A stretch of DNA of 64,000 bases. Source: an uncultured Chloroflexia bacterium (lineage in GTDB: Bacteria; Chloroflexota; Dehalococcoidia; DSTF01; JACRBR01). Shown here piece by piece: positions 32,995-43,549 of the stretch. The notes below the pieces were generated by a model, which was given only the letters and a program-made list of their open reading frames with translations, had not been told where the DNA came from and made no database searches. A program made the position numbers and the translations under genes. Numbering within the stretch: the first letter of the stretch is position 1; each line of letters begins with the position of its first letter. Where the stretch lies: assembly GCA_963840385.1 (NCBI GenBank), contig CAWIYS010000009.1:313100-377099 (forward strand), written 5' to 3'.

Positions 32995-34176
32995 ACCAGC
33001 GTGGAGCCTGTTGCCGCCTCGATGATCCGCAAGCCCAGCTCGGCGCCCAGAGGCAGGCTCTGCTCGTCGAAGTCGAACTTCGGGTGGTGATGGGGCCAGG
33101 CCGGGCCCCGCTCCGGGTTCCAGCCGCCGAGCATGATGTAGGCGCCGGGTGCCCGCTCCAAGAAGTACGCCATGTCGTCTCCGCCCGTCGTGCGGCCCTC
33201 GACCACGTTCTCGGCACCAAGGAATGCCGCGGCCGACGCCGGCAGCAAGCGCCGCGCACGCCGGGTCGTTAACGACGGCCGGCAGCGTCGACGTGTCGAA
33301 CTGGAACGTCGCGCCCCACGCCGAGGTGACGCCGGTCAGGATCTGGGTGGCGCGTTCGAGCACACGCTCCTGCACGGCGTGCTCGAAGGTGCGGACCGTG
33401 CCGGACATCATGACTTCGTTCGGAATGATATTGCCGCGGACGCCGCCCTGGATGCGGCCGATCGTCAGCACGGCCGTCTCCTCGGGGTTGACGGCGCGGC
33501 TCACGACCGTCTGCAGCGCGACGACCGCGTAGGCGGCGACGACGATCGGGTCGACGGCCGTGTGCGGCGCCGAGGCGTGGCCACCCTGGCCGCGGATGAT
33601 GATGCGGAAGTGCGTGCTCGCGGCGAACACGGGGCCCGCCGTCACGACCGCCTGCCCGACTCGCGCAGGCGCCCAGATGTGGAAGCCAAAGACGCGGTCG
33701 ACAGGCGGCGACGACATGATGCCCTCATCGATCATCCGCCGCGCCCCGCCAACGTGCTCTTCGGCCGGCTGGAAAGCGAAGCGCACCGTGCCGGCGAGCG
33801 ACGCGCGCGATTGCTGTAGCACCGAGGCGATCGCCAGGGCGATCGCAACGTGACCGTCGTGACCGCAGGCGTGCATCGCCTTGGCACCGTCGCAGGCGAA
33901 TGGCAGGCCGGTCTCCTCCTGCAGCGGAAGCGCGTCGATGTCGGCGCGCCAGAGGACGTTCGGGCCGGGCAGCGTGCCACGGACGAGGCCGGTGGCACCC
34001 GTATCGGCGCACGGACGCACATCCTCAGCGCCGATCGCGCGCAGGCGCTCAAGGATCACGCCCTGCGTGCGGTGCTCTTCCGTTGACAGTTCGGCGTGGC
34101 GATGGAGGTCGCGGCGCAGCGCGATGGTGTCGTCGGTGAGGGCGCGGACGGCGGGCCGTACGTCGGGGAGATTCAT
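32991..34176 (-). CDS. M20D family amidohydrolase; frameshift near 33240
   Basis: RRDLHRHAELS, RADIDALP, MHACGHDGH, FQPAEE, DDMAYF and HHHPKFDFDE. Confidence 0.92.
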
Positions 34177-34206
34177 CGGGCGAAGGGTAGCGCACCGGTC
34201 AAGGTG

Positions 34207-35291
34207 CTACACGCTGTCTTCGGGCATGACGCGAGCGCCGGGCTCCAGTTCGTGACCCTCCTGCGACCTCGGCGCCGTTGCCGAGTACCGCATCGATGAC
34301 CACCGCACGGTCACCGATGCCGGCGTACGCGCCGAGGATGCTGCCGGAGATGCGCGCGCCGTCTGCCGATGCGCGCCTCCTCCCAGATGACGCTCGATTC
34401 GATCATCGTGCCAGCTCCGATGATCGTGTCGCGGCCGATGACCGTCGGCCCGCTGATGCGGCAGCCGCGCTCGATGCGCGTGCCCGCGCCGACGAGCACG
34501 TCGCCGACGAACTCGATGCCCTCTGCCTGCACCGCGCCCTCGAACACGACCGAGCGGCCCATCTGCTTCGTCTGGCGTTCGAGCAGGAGCCTGGTGGCGC
34601 GCAGGTAGCGCTCGGGCGAGCCAACGTCGACCCAGAGGCCTTCCTCGAACCCCTGCACGCGCCGCCCGGCAGCGATGATGCCGGGGAAGAGCACGCGCTC
34701 CGAGAATCCGTCGCGGATGGCCGAATCATCGTCCGGGATGCGGTCGAGCACCTCCGGCTCCCAGAGCCAGGTGCCGGCGTTGATCAGGTTGCTCGGCTCG
34801 TCGCCCTGCGGCGGCTTCTCGACGAAGCGTTCGATGCGCAGCTCGTCGTCGACGGCGACGACGCCGAAGTGCCACGGGTCCTCGACGCGCGAAAGGGAGA
34901 TGCTGAGCGCGGCACCGGTGCGGCGGTGCAGCTCCAGCATGGCGGTGAGGTCGACGTCGGTCAGGATGTCGCCGTTGCAGACGACGAGCGTGCCGGTGGC
35001 ACCGGCCGCGCGGGCTGCCTCCTTCACGGCACGGCCGGAGCCGAGCGGCCGGTCCTCGTACGCGTAACGGAGGCGCACGCCGAGCTCGGAGCCGTCGCCG
35101 AACTGGTCCTCGACCTCGCGCATGCCCTGCGAGCAGGCGAGCACGATGTCTTCGACGCCGTGCCGCTTCAGGTTGAGCAGCCGATACTCGAGCAGCGGCC
35201 GGTTGGCCAGCGGTACCAGCTCCTTACGTCGCGCGTAGGTCAGCGGGCGCAGCCGGGTACCGGCCCCTCCCGCGAGGATGACAGCGAACAT
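34207..35291 (-). CDS. Sugar-phosphate nucleotidyltransferase (mannose-1-phosphate guanylyltransferase-like) with LbH tail; 3' frameshift
   Basis: VILAGGAGTRLRPLT, PLGSG, NGDIL, FVEKP and WVDVGSPERY. Confidence 0.9.
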
Positions 35292-35336
35292 GGGAATAAG
35301 ATTAGCGGCTGGAGCCGTCGCCCGACAAAGATTGGT

Positions 35337-36857
35337 CTAGGCCGTCTGCTCGCGGCCCTTTGCGCGGCCTTCGCGATGCTGCTGCCGCGGGCCGTTCTCG
35401 GGTGCGAACTGTCGTCCGAAGGCGCCCTCTGGTCGCAGCGGGTTCGGGAACGTGACGACGAACTCCGTGCCGCGCTGCTCGCTGCTCTCCGCGTGCACGC
35501 GGCCGCCGTGCGCCTCGACGATCTCGCGCACGATCGAGAGGCCGAGGCCGCTGCTGCCGCCGCGGCGGGCGCGCGCGCGGTCGACCTGGAAGAAGCGCTC
35601 GAACACCCGCGGCAGGTCCTCGGCCGGGATCACGGAGCCGGAGTTATGCACGCCGACGCGGATGGCGCCGCCGGCCGCGGTCGCGGCGGTGACGGTCACG
35701 ACGCCGCCGCGCGGCGTGTGGCGCACCGCGTTCTCGATGAGGTTCGAGAACACCTGCTCGAGCCGGCGCTCGTCGCCGTGCACGGGCGGCACGGCGCCGA
35801 AGCGCAGGCGCGACTCGACACCGGCGTCGCGCAGCGCCCACTGAAAGCGCTCCATCGTGCGCTCGAGCAGCGTCACCAGGTCGACGTGCACGTGCTCCAT
35901 CTCGACCTGGCCGGATTCGATCTGCGAGAGTAGCAGCAGGTCATCGACGAGCGCGCGCATGCGGTTCGCTTCCTCGTTGATGATGCGGCTCGCCTCCTTG
36001 CGGTCCTCTTCGTTGCTGACTGCGCCCTCGTTAATCGCCTGGGAGTAACCCTGGATCGACGTCAACGGCGTCTTCAGCTCGTGCGACACATTGGCGAGGA
36101 GATCCCTCATCGTGCGCTGGGAGCTGCTGACTTCCTTTGCCATGGCATTGAAGGCCTCGGACAGGCGGCCAACCTCGTCCCGGCCGTGAATGGGAATATT
36201 GACGTCGTAGTCGCCGTGTGCCATCTGCACCGACGCCTGCGTGATGCGCGCCAGCGGGCCGGAGATCGATCGCGAGATGAAGAACGAGACCATGAATGAC
36301 ACCACGAGCGCGATGGCGCCGGCAAGCGCCAGGCTCGGCACCAGATCGAGCCACGCCGCCGACAGCTCGCTCTGCGGGATGGCGACGAGCGTGTCGTACT
36401 CCGGCGCGGCGAAGGTCGATCTCTCGTCGCGCTCGGGCGCGGCGAACAGCGTCAGGTGCACACCGTTCGAGTTGTAGTTCGTCCAGCGGAAACTCGTGCC
36501 GTTCTGGTCGACGAGCCGCGGGTTGTGGGTGTCGAAGGACAGTACGTACTTGCCGACGAGCTGGTCCTCGCTGTCGAACACGACAAGGAGGTCGCGGTCG
36601 AGCAGGATCACCCGCACGCCGCCGTTGTTCGCGGCACCGCGGAGGTAGTCCTTGATCGTGGCCAGCGAGTCGCCGTGGTCGAGCATCGAGGTGACGCGCA
36701 CGGCGAGCGGGTCGACGACGTGGCCGTACCGCTCGAGCGCCGTCTCCTGTTGCTGGTCGCGGAGCAGGAAGAGCGAGCCGGCGCCGGCCAGAAAGACAGC
36801 CAGCGCCACCACCAGCGAGAACGAGACGATGAGGCGGGCCCTAAGGCTCCCGAGCAT
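35337..36857 (-). CDS. Sensor histidine kinase (2 TM, HAMP, HisKA, HATPase)
   Basis: DEVGRLSEAFNAM, NVSHELKTPL, NLIENAVRH and GSSGLGLSI. Confidence 0.95.
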   Translation of the reverse strand: MLGSLRARLIVSFSLVVALAVFLAGAGSLFLLRDQQQETALERYGHVVDPLAVRVTSMLDHGDSLATIKDYLRGAANNGGVRVILLDRDLLVVFDSEDQLVGKYVLSFDTHNPRLVDQNGTSFRWTNYNSNGVHLTLFAAPERDERSTFAAPEYDTLVAIPQSELSAAWLDLVPSLALAGAIALVVSFMVSFFISRSISGPLARITQASVQMAHGDYDVNIPIHGRDEVGRLSEAFNAMAKEVSSSQRTMRDLLANVSHELKTPLTSIQGYSQAINEGAVSNEEDRKEASRIINEEANRMRALVDDLLLLSQIESGQVEMEHVHVDLVTLLERTMERFQWALRDAGVESRLRFGAVPPVHGDERRLEQVFSNLIENAVRHTPRGGVVTVTAATAAGGAIRVGVHNSGSVIPAEDLPRVFERFFQVDRARARRGGSSGLGLSIVREIVEAHGGRVHAESSEQRGTEFVVTFPNPLRPEGAFGRQFAPENGPRQQHREGRAKGREQTA

Positions 36858-37533
36858 CGCTTTCCACCACCAGCTTGTATCCGACTCCCCAGACCGTCTG
36901 GATCTTGACGCTGGAGTCACCAAGCTTGTCGCGGAGCCAGGCGACGTGGACATCGATCGTCCGGGAGTCGCCGTAATAGTCGGTCCCCCACACCATGCGC
37001 AGCAGGCGCTCGCGGTCGAGGACGGTGCCCTTGTACTGGGCGAAGGCGCTCAGGAGCTCGAACTCCTTCGCCCGCAACTGCAGGGTGCGCCCGTCGAGCG
37101 TCACCTCCCGGCTCGCCGCGTCGATGCGGAGGCCGGCGACCTCGATGACCTCGGGCACGTCGCGCTCACCCTGGGAGCGACGCAGGACGGCCTTGATGCG
37201 GGCGACGAGTTCGCGGGGATTGAACGGCTTCGCCATGTAGTCATCGGCGCCGATTTCGAGTCCGACGATGCGGTCGATGTCGTCGCCGCGGGCGGTGAGG
37301 ATGATGACGGGCACGTTGCTGGTCTTGCGGAGTTCCTTGCAGACGGTGAGGCCGTCCATCTCCGGCATCATCAGGTCGAGGACGATGAGGTCGGGCTTAA
37401 GGGAGCGCGCTTTTTCGAGCCCCTGCTTGCCGTCGTACGCGGCTTCGACGCGGAAGCCCTCGTTGTTCAGATAGAGCCTGGCAAGCTGGACGATGTTCTT
37501 CTCGTCATCGACGACGAGGATGGTTGGGGGCAT
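36841..37533 (-). CDS. OmpR/PhoB-family response regulator
   Basis: ILVVDDE, VLDLMMP, ADDYMAKPF and RTIDVHVAWLRDKL...VWGVGY. Confidence 0.95.
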   Translation of the reverse strand: MPPTILVVDDEKNIVQLARLYLNNEGFRVEAAYDGKQGLEKARSLKPDLIVLDLMMPEMDGLTVCKELRKTSNVPVIILTARGDDIDRIVGLEIGADDYMAKPFNPRELVARIKAVLRRSQGERDVPEVIEVAGLRIDAASREVTLDGRTLQLRAKEFELLSAFAQYKGTVLDRERLLRMVWGTDYYGDSRTIDVHVAWLRDKLGDSSVKIQTVWGVGYKLVVESDAREP

Positions 37534-37873
37534 ATGGCCATCAGCCTTCTATATATCGCTGGGGCCATTATAGGGGAGCAGCGAGCGGGCGAGTCGTCTG
37601 CTTCACACCCTGCCTCAAGTCGGTCACACCCTACGCCCAAACTTTAGACGCGCAGACGACCCGCCCTCAGAGGGCACGGTAGCCGCTGACCGTCAAGAAA
37701 TCACGGGCAAACCGTTGTCGAATTGTTAACGCGGGGCATATGGGGCCATACGGCCGGTAGCGAGAGTGTGCGTTTGCGGCCGTCCCAACGACGATCGCAC
37801 TGTTACCGCCTCACCGTGGCGAAGTTGCAGGCGGGTTCGCCGGGGGCGATAATCGCGCCCGAAGGAGCTGCCG

Positions 37874-38518
37874 ATGACCGTGTTACAACAGCCGCAGACT
37901 CGGACCGAGTTAACGCCCCGCAAGCTCGAGCGGCGCGAGATCCAGACGGCGTCGCGCGCGCTCGGCCGCGCCTTCTACGACGACCCGCTGATGATGTACC
38001 TCATGCCGTCGGACGGGCGGCGGACGCGTGTGATGACGTACGTCATGCGGTGTGCCGTCCGTATGGCCTTCCCCGAGGGCGAGAGCTACATCCTCGACGC
38101 GCCCGAGAACGGGGCGGCACTGTTTCTGCCGCCCGGCCGCCGGAAGTTCCCCGCCGCTCGCGTCCTCGGCGCCATCCTGCCCGACTCGTGGAGATTCGGC
38201 CTGGGACCGATCGCGCGCTATCTCGCCGTGATGAAGGAGTTCGAGGCGAAGCACCCGGCCGAGGACCACTGGTACCTCGCGACGCTGGGCATCGAGCCCG
38301 ACCGGCAGGGGCAGGGGCTCGGAGGCAGGCTGATGTCGCCCGTGCTGAAGCGAGCTGAGGCTGAGGGCACGACCGTCTACCTGGAAACGAACAAGACACG
38401 CAACGTGGTCTTCTACCAGAAGCACGGGTTCCGCGTACGCGAGCATTTCAACTGCCACGGCGGCCGCGGGCCGGAATCGTGGACGATGATCCGCGAAAAC
38501 GGCGAATTTCACACTTGA
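37874..38518 (+). CDS. GNAT family N-acetyltransferase
   Basis: HWYLATLGIEPDRQGQGLG, YLET and NVVFYQKHGF. Confidence 0.88.
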   Translation: MTVLQQPQTRTELTPRKLERREIQTASRALGRAFYDDPLMMYLMPSDGRRTRVMTYVMRCAVRMAFPEGESYILDAPENGAALFLPPGRRKFPAARVLGAILPDSWRFGLGPIARYLAVMKEFEAKHPAEDHWYLATLGIEPDRQGQGLGGRLMSPVLKRAEAEGTTVYLETNKTRNVVFYQKHGFRVREHFNCHGGRGPESWTMIRENGEFHT

Positions 38519-38648
38519 TGCTGTAATATTCGCCCCCGCCCCGCGTTTAGGAATTGACGGACTTCGCCCGTGCGGCCACGGCCGCCGGCGTCCGAAGCTG
38601 GGTGCTGCCACTGCCAAAGATCCTGGCATCCGGACCGATTCTGAGATT

Positions 38649-38855
38649 GTGAAAGACGTCAATATGGTCACCTCGCCAGAACCGAATATCAGCGACTTCG
38701 ATGACGCCGCCACCGCCCGCTGGCTCCGGCTGAAGCTGGAACCGGCCCGCCGGAACGTCGCCGCAGGCCCGACGGCCGAAGCTGTCGACCGCATCCGCGC
38801 CCGCGTCTTCGGCGACGCCGCGCCGCGTCGCCGCCACCGCTCGATCGCGGCGTAG
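38649..38855 (+). CDS. Small hypothetical protein (about 63-68 aa)
   Basis: Isolated ORF in an otherwise empty gap; helical, coding-like; ends RSIAA. Confidence 0.55.
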   Translation: MKDVNMVTSPEPNISDFDDAATARWLRLKLEPARRNVAAGPTAEAVDRIRARVFGDAAPRRRHRSIAA

Positions 38856-38974
38856 AGCCGCCAACCACAGTCCATTCGAGACACGCCCCGGCCAACCGGG
38901 GCGCGTTCATGCCCGCGAGGCGCTCAACAGCCCCGGGCTGGATGCGGGCCCGCCGGTGTGGTTCAGTTACGACG

Positions 38975-39516
38975 ATGCTTCGCGCCGCACTCGTCGTCAT
39001 GGCCATCGCGCTGGTGTCGGCCGCGTGCGGCGGCCGGTCGACGGCGTCGTCCCACGCCAGCGCCTTCGCCGCTTCCATCGAAGGCGACGTTGGTCGACGG
39101 GGAGACGTTCGTCGGCGGTGCGCACGCTGCCCCCGGCGGCGCTTTCGGCCGAGGAGCTGGAGGCCGCGGGCACGGCGACCGCGCCCGGCGGCGCGCGCAT
39201 CCAGCTCGCCAAGGCGACGTCGGCCGACGTGGAGGGTTGGGAGATGGTCTCGGCGTCGCCGGACGGCTGGCGAGTGTGGCGGCCGCAGGCCGTGCTCGAC
39301 GCGGTCGCGGCGGCGGGCGACGGCGCGACGCTCGTCTCGGTCGAGCGCACGTCGTGGCCGGACTCATGCCTCGGACTGGCGCGGCCGGACGAGGTGTGCG
39401 CGCAGGTCATCACGATCGGCTACCGCGTGGTGGTGAGCCGGGGTGGGAAGCAGTTGGAGCTCCACACCGACCTCGATGGCGGCAACGGGGGCGCGCGGCT
39501 CGTCGAACAGCCGTGA
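38975..39516 (+). CDS. Putative lipoprotein; frameshift near 39090
   Basis: Lipobox VSAAC; C-terminal WPDSCLGLARPDEVCAQVITIGYRV...ELHTD. Confidence 0.7.
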
Positions 39517-39599
39517 CGCGGCGGTCGCTCGGTCACGCCGATGGGGTGCTTGACCCCGGCGGCGGAGTGGCGTAGGACTCGGTCATGGTGAGCAAGCGC

Positions 39600-40332
39600 A
39601 TGGGTTGGTTTGTCGCTATCGAGGGCGGCGAGGGCTCCGGCAAGTCGAGCGTACATGCCGAGCTGGGCGCAACGCTGCGCATGCGCGGCCGCGCCGTCGT
39701 GCTGACGCGCGAGCCGGGCGGCACGCCGCTCGGCGAGCAGATCCGCTCGCTCGTGCTGGCGCAGACGTCGGTCGAGACGGAGGTCGACGGAGCTGCTGCT
39801 GTTCGAGGCGGCGCGCGCGCAGTTGGTCGCGACGGTCATCCGGCCGGCGCTCGCGCGCGGCGAGGTCGTGGTTTGCGACCGCTTCGCCGCGTCGTCGGTG
39901 GCGTACCAGGGGTTCGGGCGCGGCCTCGGCCGGGACCTCGTCGAGCGGGCCAACGCCATCGCGACGGGCGGCCTGCGGCCGGATCTGACGCTGCTTCTCG
40001 ACCTGCCCGCGGCCGACGGCCTCGCGCGGCGCGCGGGCGCCGGCGCGGTCAACCATTTCGATGTCGAGACGCTGGCGTTCCACGAACGCGTGCGCGCCGG
40101 CTACCACGATCTCGCGAACGATGCGCCTGACAGCTGGCGCGTGATCGACGCGTCGCGCCCAATCGATGATGTGGTCGCCGAGTGCGAGGCGGCTGTGCGC
40201 TTCGCTGATCGATTCATAGGCGCGGCGCGCGACTTCATCGACTCGATCACGGTGCGCGATTGGAGCATCATCACGTCCGCCGCAGGATCGCAGGGTGTAC
40301 CCGGTTTGACCGCGCTGGCGCCGGCTCCGTAG
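39600..40332 (+). CDS. tmk: Thymidylate kinase; frameshift near 39790, 3' end uncertain
   Basis: [24 protein letters not shown]...YQG and PDLTLLLD. Confidence 0.92.
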
Positions 40333-40365
40333 AATGCGCCGGCGGGGCGGAAGGATCCGGGGAAG

Positions 40366-41965
40366 ATGCGATCAATTCGAACTCGAGTCGCAGTTGGGTT
40401 GGCACGCCTTCTGACGCCGGTCGTTCCACTGGCCGTCCTCGCCATCGCCGCCCTCGTGAGCGTCAGCACACAATCCAGTTCGACGAACTTCGCGAGCGCG
40501 TCGGCGTCGCCCGCCGCGTACACCTTCGGCCAGGAGAACTCGTGGATCCGCGTGCAGAACATCGGCGCAGCTGATGCGACGGTGACTGTCACGTACTACA
40601 ACGAGGCCGGCAACCAGGTCGGGACAGGACGTCTGCCCGTCGGCCGGCTGTCCCGCGCTCGGCCCGGGGCAGGGGTGGACGTTCTTCCAGGCGAACAACC
40701 CGAACATCCCGCCGGGGTACAAGGGCTCGGCCGTGGTCGAGAGCGACCAGCCGATCGTCGCGCTGCAGGCGAAGGACATCGTGCGCAACGGCGCGTTCAT
40801 GATCGACGGCAACACGACGACGATGGCCGTCGGTTCGAGCACGATGTACCTGCCGCTCATCGCCAACCGCGACGGCACGCAGAACGACTCGATGGGACGC
40901 TTTGCCATTCAGAACCTGAGCGACACCGTGACGGCGTGCGTCGGCATCACGTATCTCAGCAACGCTACCGACGGTGAGATCGCGTGGGACCCGTACCAGC
41001 CGGGGACAAAGGGCACCAAGCAGTCCGGCTGTCCGAACGGCGGCCGGCCGCTGGCGCCCCACGGCACGCTGTTCCGCGATCCTGACACGTTCGGCGTGCC
41101 GGCGAACTTCACGGGCAGCGTGCGCATCCAGACGTACAAGAACGGCCAGGGCGTCGCAGCCGACAAGCAGATCCTGACAGCGACCGCCGACGCGTGGAAC
41201 ACGCTGTACAACCTCTTCAGCTCGTACCGCGCATTCGACGCGCGCGAGATGAGCCGCACCGTGCTGCTGCCGCTCGTCGACCGTGAGGTCGGCGCGTTCA
41301 ACGGCTTCAGCACGCGCTTCCAGATCGAGAACCAGGACCCGACGAGTCCGGCGCAGGTGACGATGCGCTTCGAGGGCTTCGATCTCGATAACGGCAACGC
41401 GTTCGTGGCCAAGCAGAACACGCTGACGGTGCGCGGCGCGCGACTCTGCTTCCAGGACCGCGACGACTACGCGAATTGCCTGGCGCCGGGCGACCGGCTT
41501 CCGCACAACTTCGTCGGCACGGCGCGCATCACGTCGACGCAGCCGATCGCCATCATCGCGAGCCGCGGCACGCGGTTCGGCGACACGTTCACCAATTACC
41601 GTGGCTTTCGGCCGGAGGACGGTGCGACGCGCGTGCTGCTGCCGGTGCTGAACAAGAACTACGGCCCGTACGGCGACCGCCACGGCTGGAACTCGTGGTT
41701 CCGCGTGCTCGTCGCCGATGGCGGCACGGCGAACGTCCGCATCCGCTACCTCGGCCTCGACCTGCCGGGCGGCGAGCAGTCGTACACGGTGCAGGCGTTC
41801 CGCGAGTTCACGGTGTTCCAGTTCCAGGAGCCGATGCTGCCGGACGGCTTCGCCGGCACGGCCATCCTGGAGTCCGACCGGCCGATCGTCGCGCTGGCGA
41901 ACATCTACACGGACGTGTTCGCGGGCGACACGGACCTGTTGTACAACGGCATCTCGCTGCCGTAG
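40366..41965 (+). CDS. Secreted beta-rich protein with about four internal repeat modules; frameshifts near 40625-40690
   Basis: Signal peptide; repeated modules starting (W/F)xxQN and ending G(S/T)AxxxS(D/T)xPI, joined by LP(L/V) linkers. Confidence 0.75.
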
Positions 41966-42005
41966 ACGGCAGAACTCCTACCCGAGTGGTCCGCCTGCGG
42001 CGGAC

Positions 42006-42030
42006 GGACAGCCGGGGGCGGCTGTCCCCC
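42006..42030. repeat. REP-like hairpin family B
   Basis: GGACAGCCGGGGGCGGCTGTCCCCC. Confidence 0.7.
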
Positions 42031-42073
42031 GCATGATTCGCCGCTCGCTCGGCGAGATGCCGCACCGCCTACA

Positions 42074-43549
42074 ATGATGCCGATGTCCGTCACACGACGA
42101 ATCGCCGCCAACCGCACGATGCAGCTGCCGCCGGGCGAGGCGTGGCTCGTTGCGGGCGCGGTCGGCGCCAGCGTGTTCGGCTGCGCCGCGCTGTTCGGGC
42201 ATGCGGCGCTGTTCGCTTCGGTGGCCGCCGGCTCGCTGGCTGCCGGCGTCGCGTTGTACGAGCCGCGCACCCTCGGGCCGCTGCTGGCGCTGGCGCTCCC
42301 GCTCGAGATCTCGAAGCTGGCGTTCCCGTTCCTGGAGACGCGCTCTGAGCTGGGCGGCGGCCTCGGCGCGACGTCGATCGTCGATGCGGGCAGGCTCGTC
42401 GTCGCGCTGGCGTTCGTCGTGTGGGTGGTGCGCCCGACGCGGCCGCGTGCGGACGTGCTGCCGTCGTCGCCGCTGACGCTGCCGCTGGCGCTGCTCTTCG
42501 CCGTCTTCGCGCTCTCGACGCTCTACGCGCTCGACGTCTCGGCCGCGCGCACCGAGTCGATCCGGCTGCTGTTCTCGCTCGGCAGCTTCGCGCTTGTGCC
42601 GTTCTTCGTGCGCGACGCGGCGTCGCTGCGCTGGACGTTGTACGCGTTCGTCTTCAGCGCGGGCGCGCTGGCGATCGCCGGCATCTACCAGCAGGCGACC
42701 GACACGTTCTTCTGGAACCCGGGCCTCGGCCTGTACGGCGAGCGTCGCATCAACGCCACGTTCGCCGACCCGAACCACTTCGCGCGCTTCCTGCTCGAGG
42801 CGATCGTGCTGGCGACGATGCTCTGGCCGTTTGCGCGCCGCCGCATTCGTTTCGGGTTCCTGCTGCCGGCGATCGCGTTGTCGGTGCTGACTCTCGTGTT
42901 CACCGGCTCTCGCGGCGCGTGGGCCGTCGGCGCGATCGCGCTGCCTGTGGCGGTGCTGGCGCTGCCGATCGAGCGCGCGCTGCGACTGCGGCTCCTCGGC
43001 GCAGGCGCGGCGGCGCTCGCGGTCGCGGTGCTGGTCGTCGCGGGCATCTCGCCGTACTTCACGAAGCGGCTCGACACGTTCACCTTCGGCTTCGAGGCGG
43101 CGGGCGCACGGCCGTACCTCGTGAAGGCGGGGCTGAACATGTTCGCCGACCATCCCGTGACAGGCGTGGGCGCCGGCGGCTACCAGCCGTCGTTCGAGAA
43201 CGACTACCTGCGCTACAAGGACCCAAAGATCAAGGCCAACATCACGATCTCGCACACGTCGGTCGTGACGATCATGGCCGAGATGGGGCTGATCGGCATG
43301 ACGGCGGTAGGGTTCCTCGCCGCGCGCTTCGCCACGTACGTGCGCGAGGTGCTGGCCCACGCGCCGCCTGAATTGCGAACTGCTGCGATCGGGCTCACGC
43401 TCGTAGCGGCGATCATCTTCCTTGGCTCGCAGACGGAGGGCCGCTTCCTCGAGGACCCGTACCTGTGGCTCGCGGCCGGACTGATCGTCGCCATCGACGA
43501 GATCGCGCGGCGCGAACGGGCGTCTGTAGACGACGAGGCGAGCACGTGA
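42074..43549 (+). CDS. O-antigen ligase / Wzy_C family membrane protein
   Basis: Ten or more TM helices; RINATFADPNHFA, FTGSRGAW, HPVTGVGAGGY and HTSVVTIMAEMGLIG. Confidence 0.88.
   Translation: MMPMSVTRRIAANRTMQLPPGEAWLVAGAVGASVFGCAALFGHAALFASVAAGSLAAGVALYEPRTLGPLLALALPLEISKLAFPFLETRSELGGGLGATSIVDAGRLVVALAFVVWVVRPTRPRADVLPSSPLTLPLALLFAVFALSTLYALDVSAARTESIRLLFSLGSFALVPFFVRDAASLRWTLYAFVFSAGALAIAGIYQQATDTFFWNPGLGLYGERRINATFADPNHFARFLLEAIVLATMLWPFARRRIRFGFLLPAIALSVLTLVFTGSRGAWAVGAIALPVAVLALPIERALRLRLLGAGAAALAVAVLVVAGISPYFTKRLDTFTFGFEAAGARPYLVKAGLNMFADHPVTGVGAGGYQPSFENDYLRYKDPKIKANITISHTSVVTIMAEMGLIGMTAVGFLAARFATYVREVLAHAPPELRTAAIGLTLVAAIIFLGSQTEGRFLEDPYLWLAAGLIVAIDEIARRERASVDDEAST

Noticed and set aside
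32425-34176. 583-aa amidohydrolase-GrpB fusion
   Set aside because: The amidohydrolase C-terminus (HHHPKFDF) lies in another frame ending at 32991, so the fusion is an indel artefact.
37700-37760. GGGCAAACC resembling a c-di-GMP-I riboswitch
   Set aside because: It lacks the GNRA loop and the downstream CGCAAAG element; only a short match.
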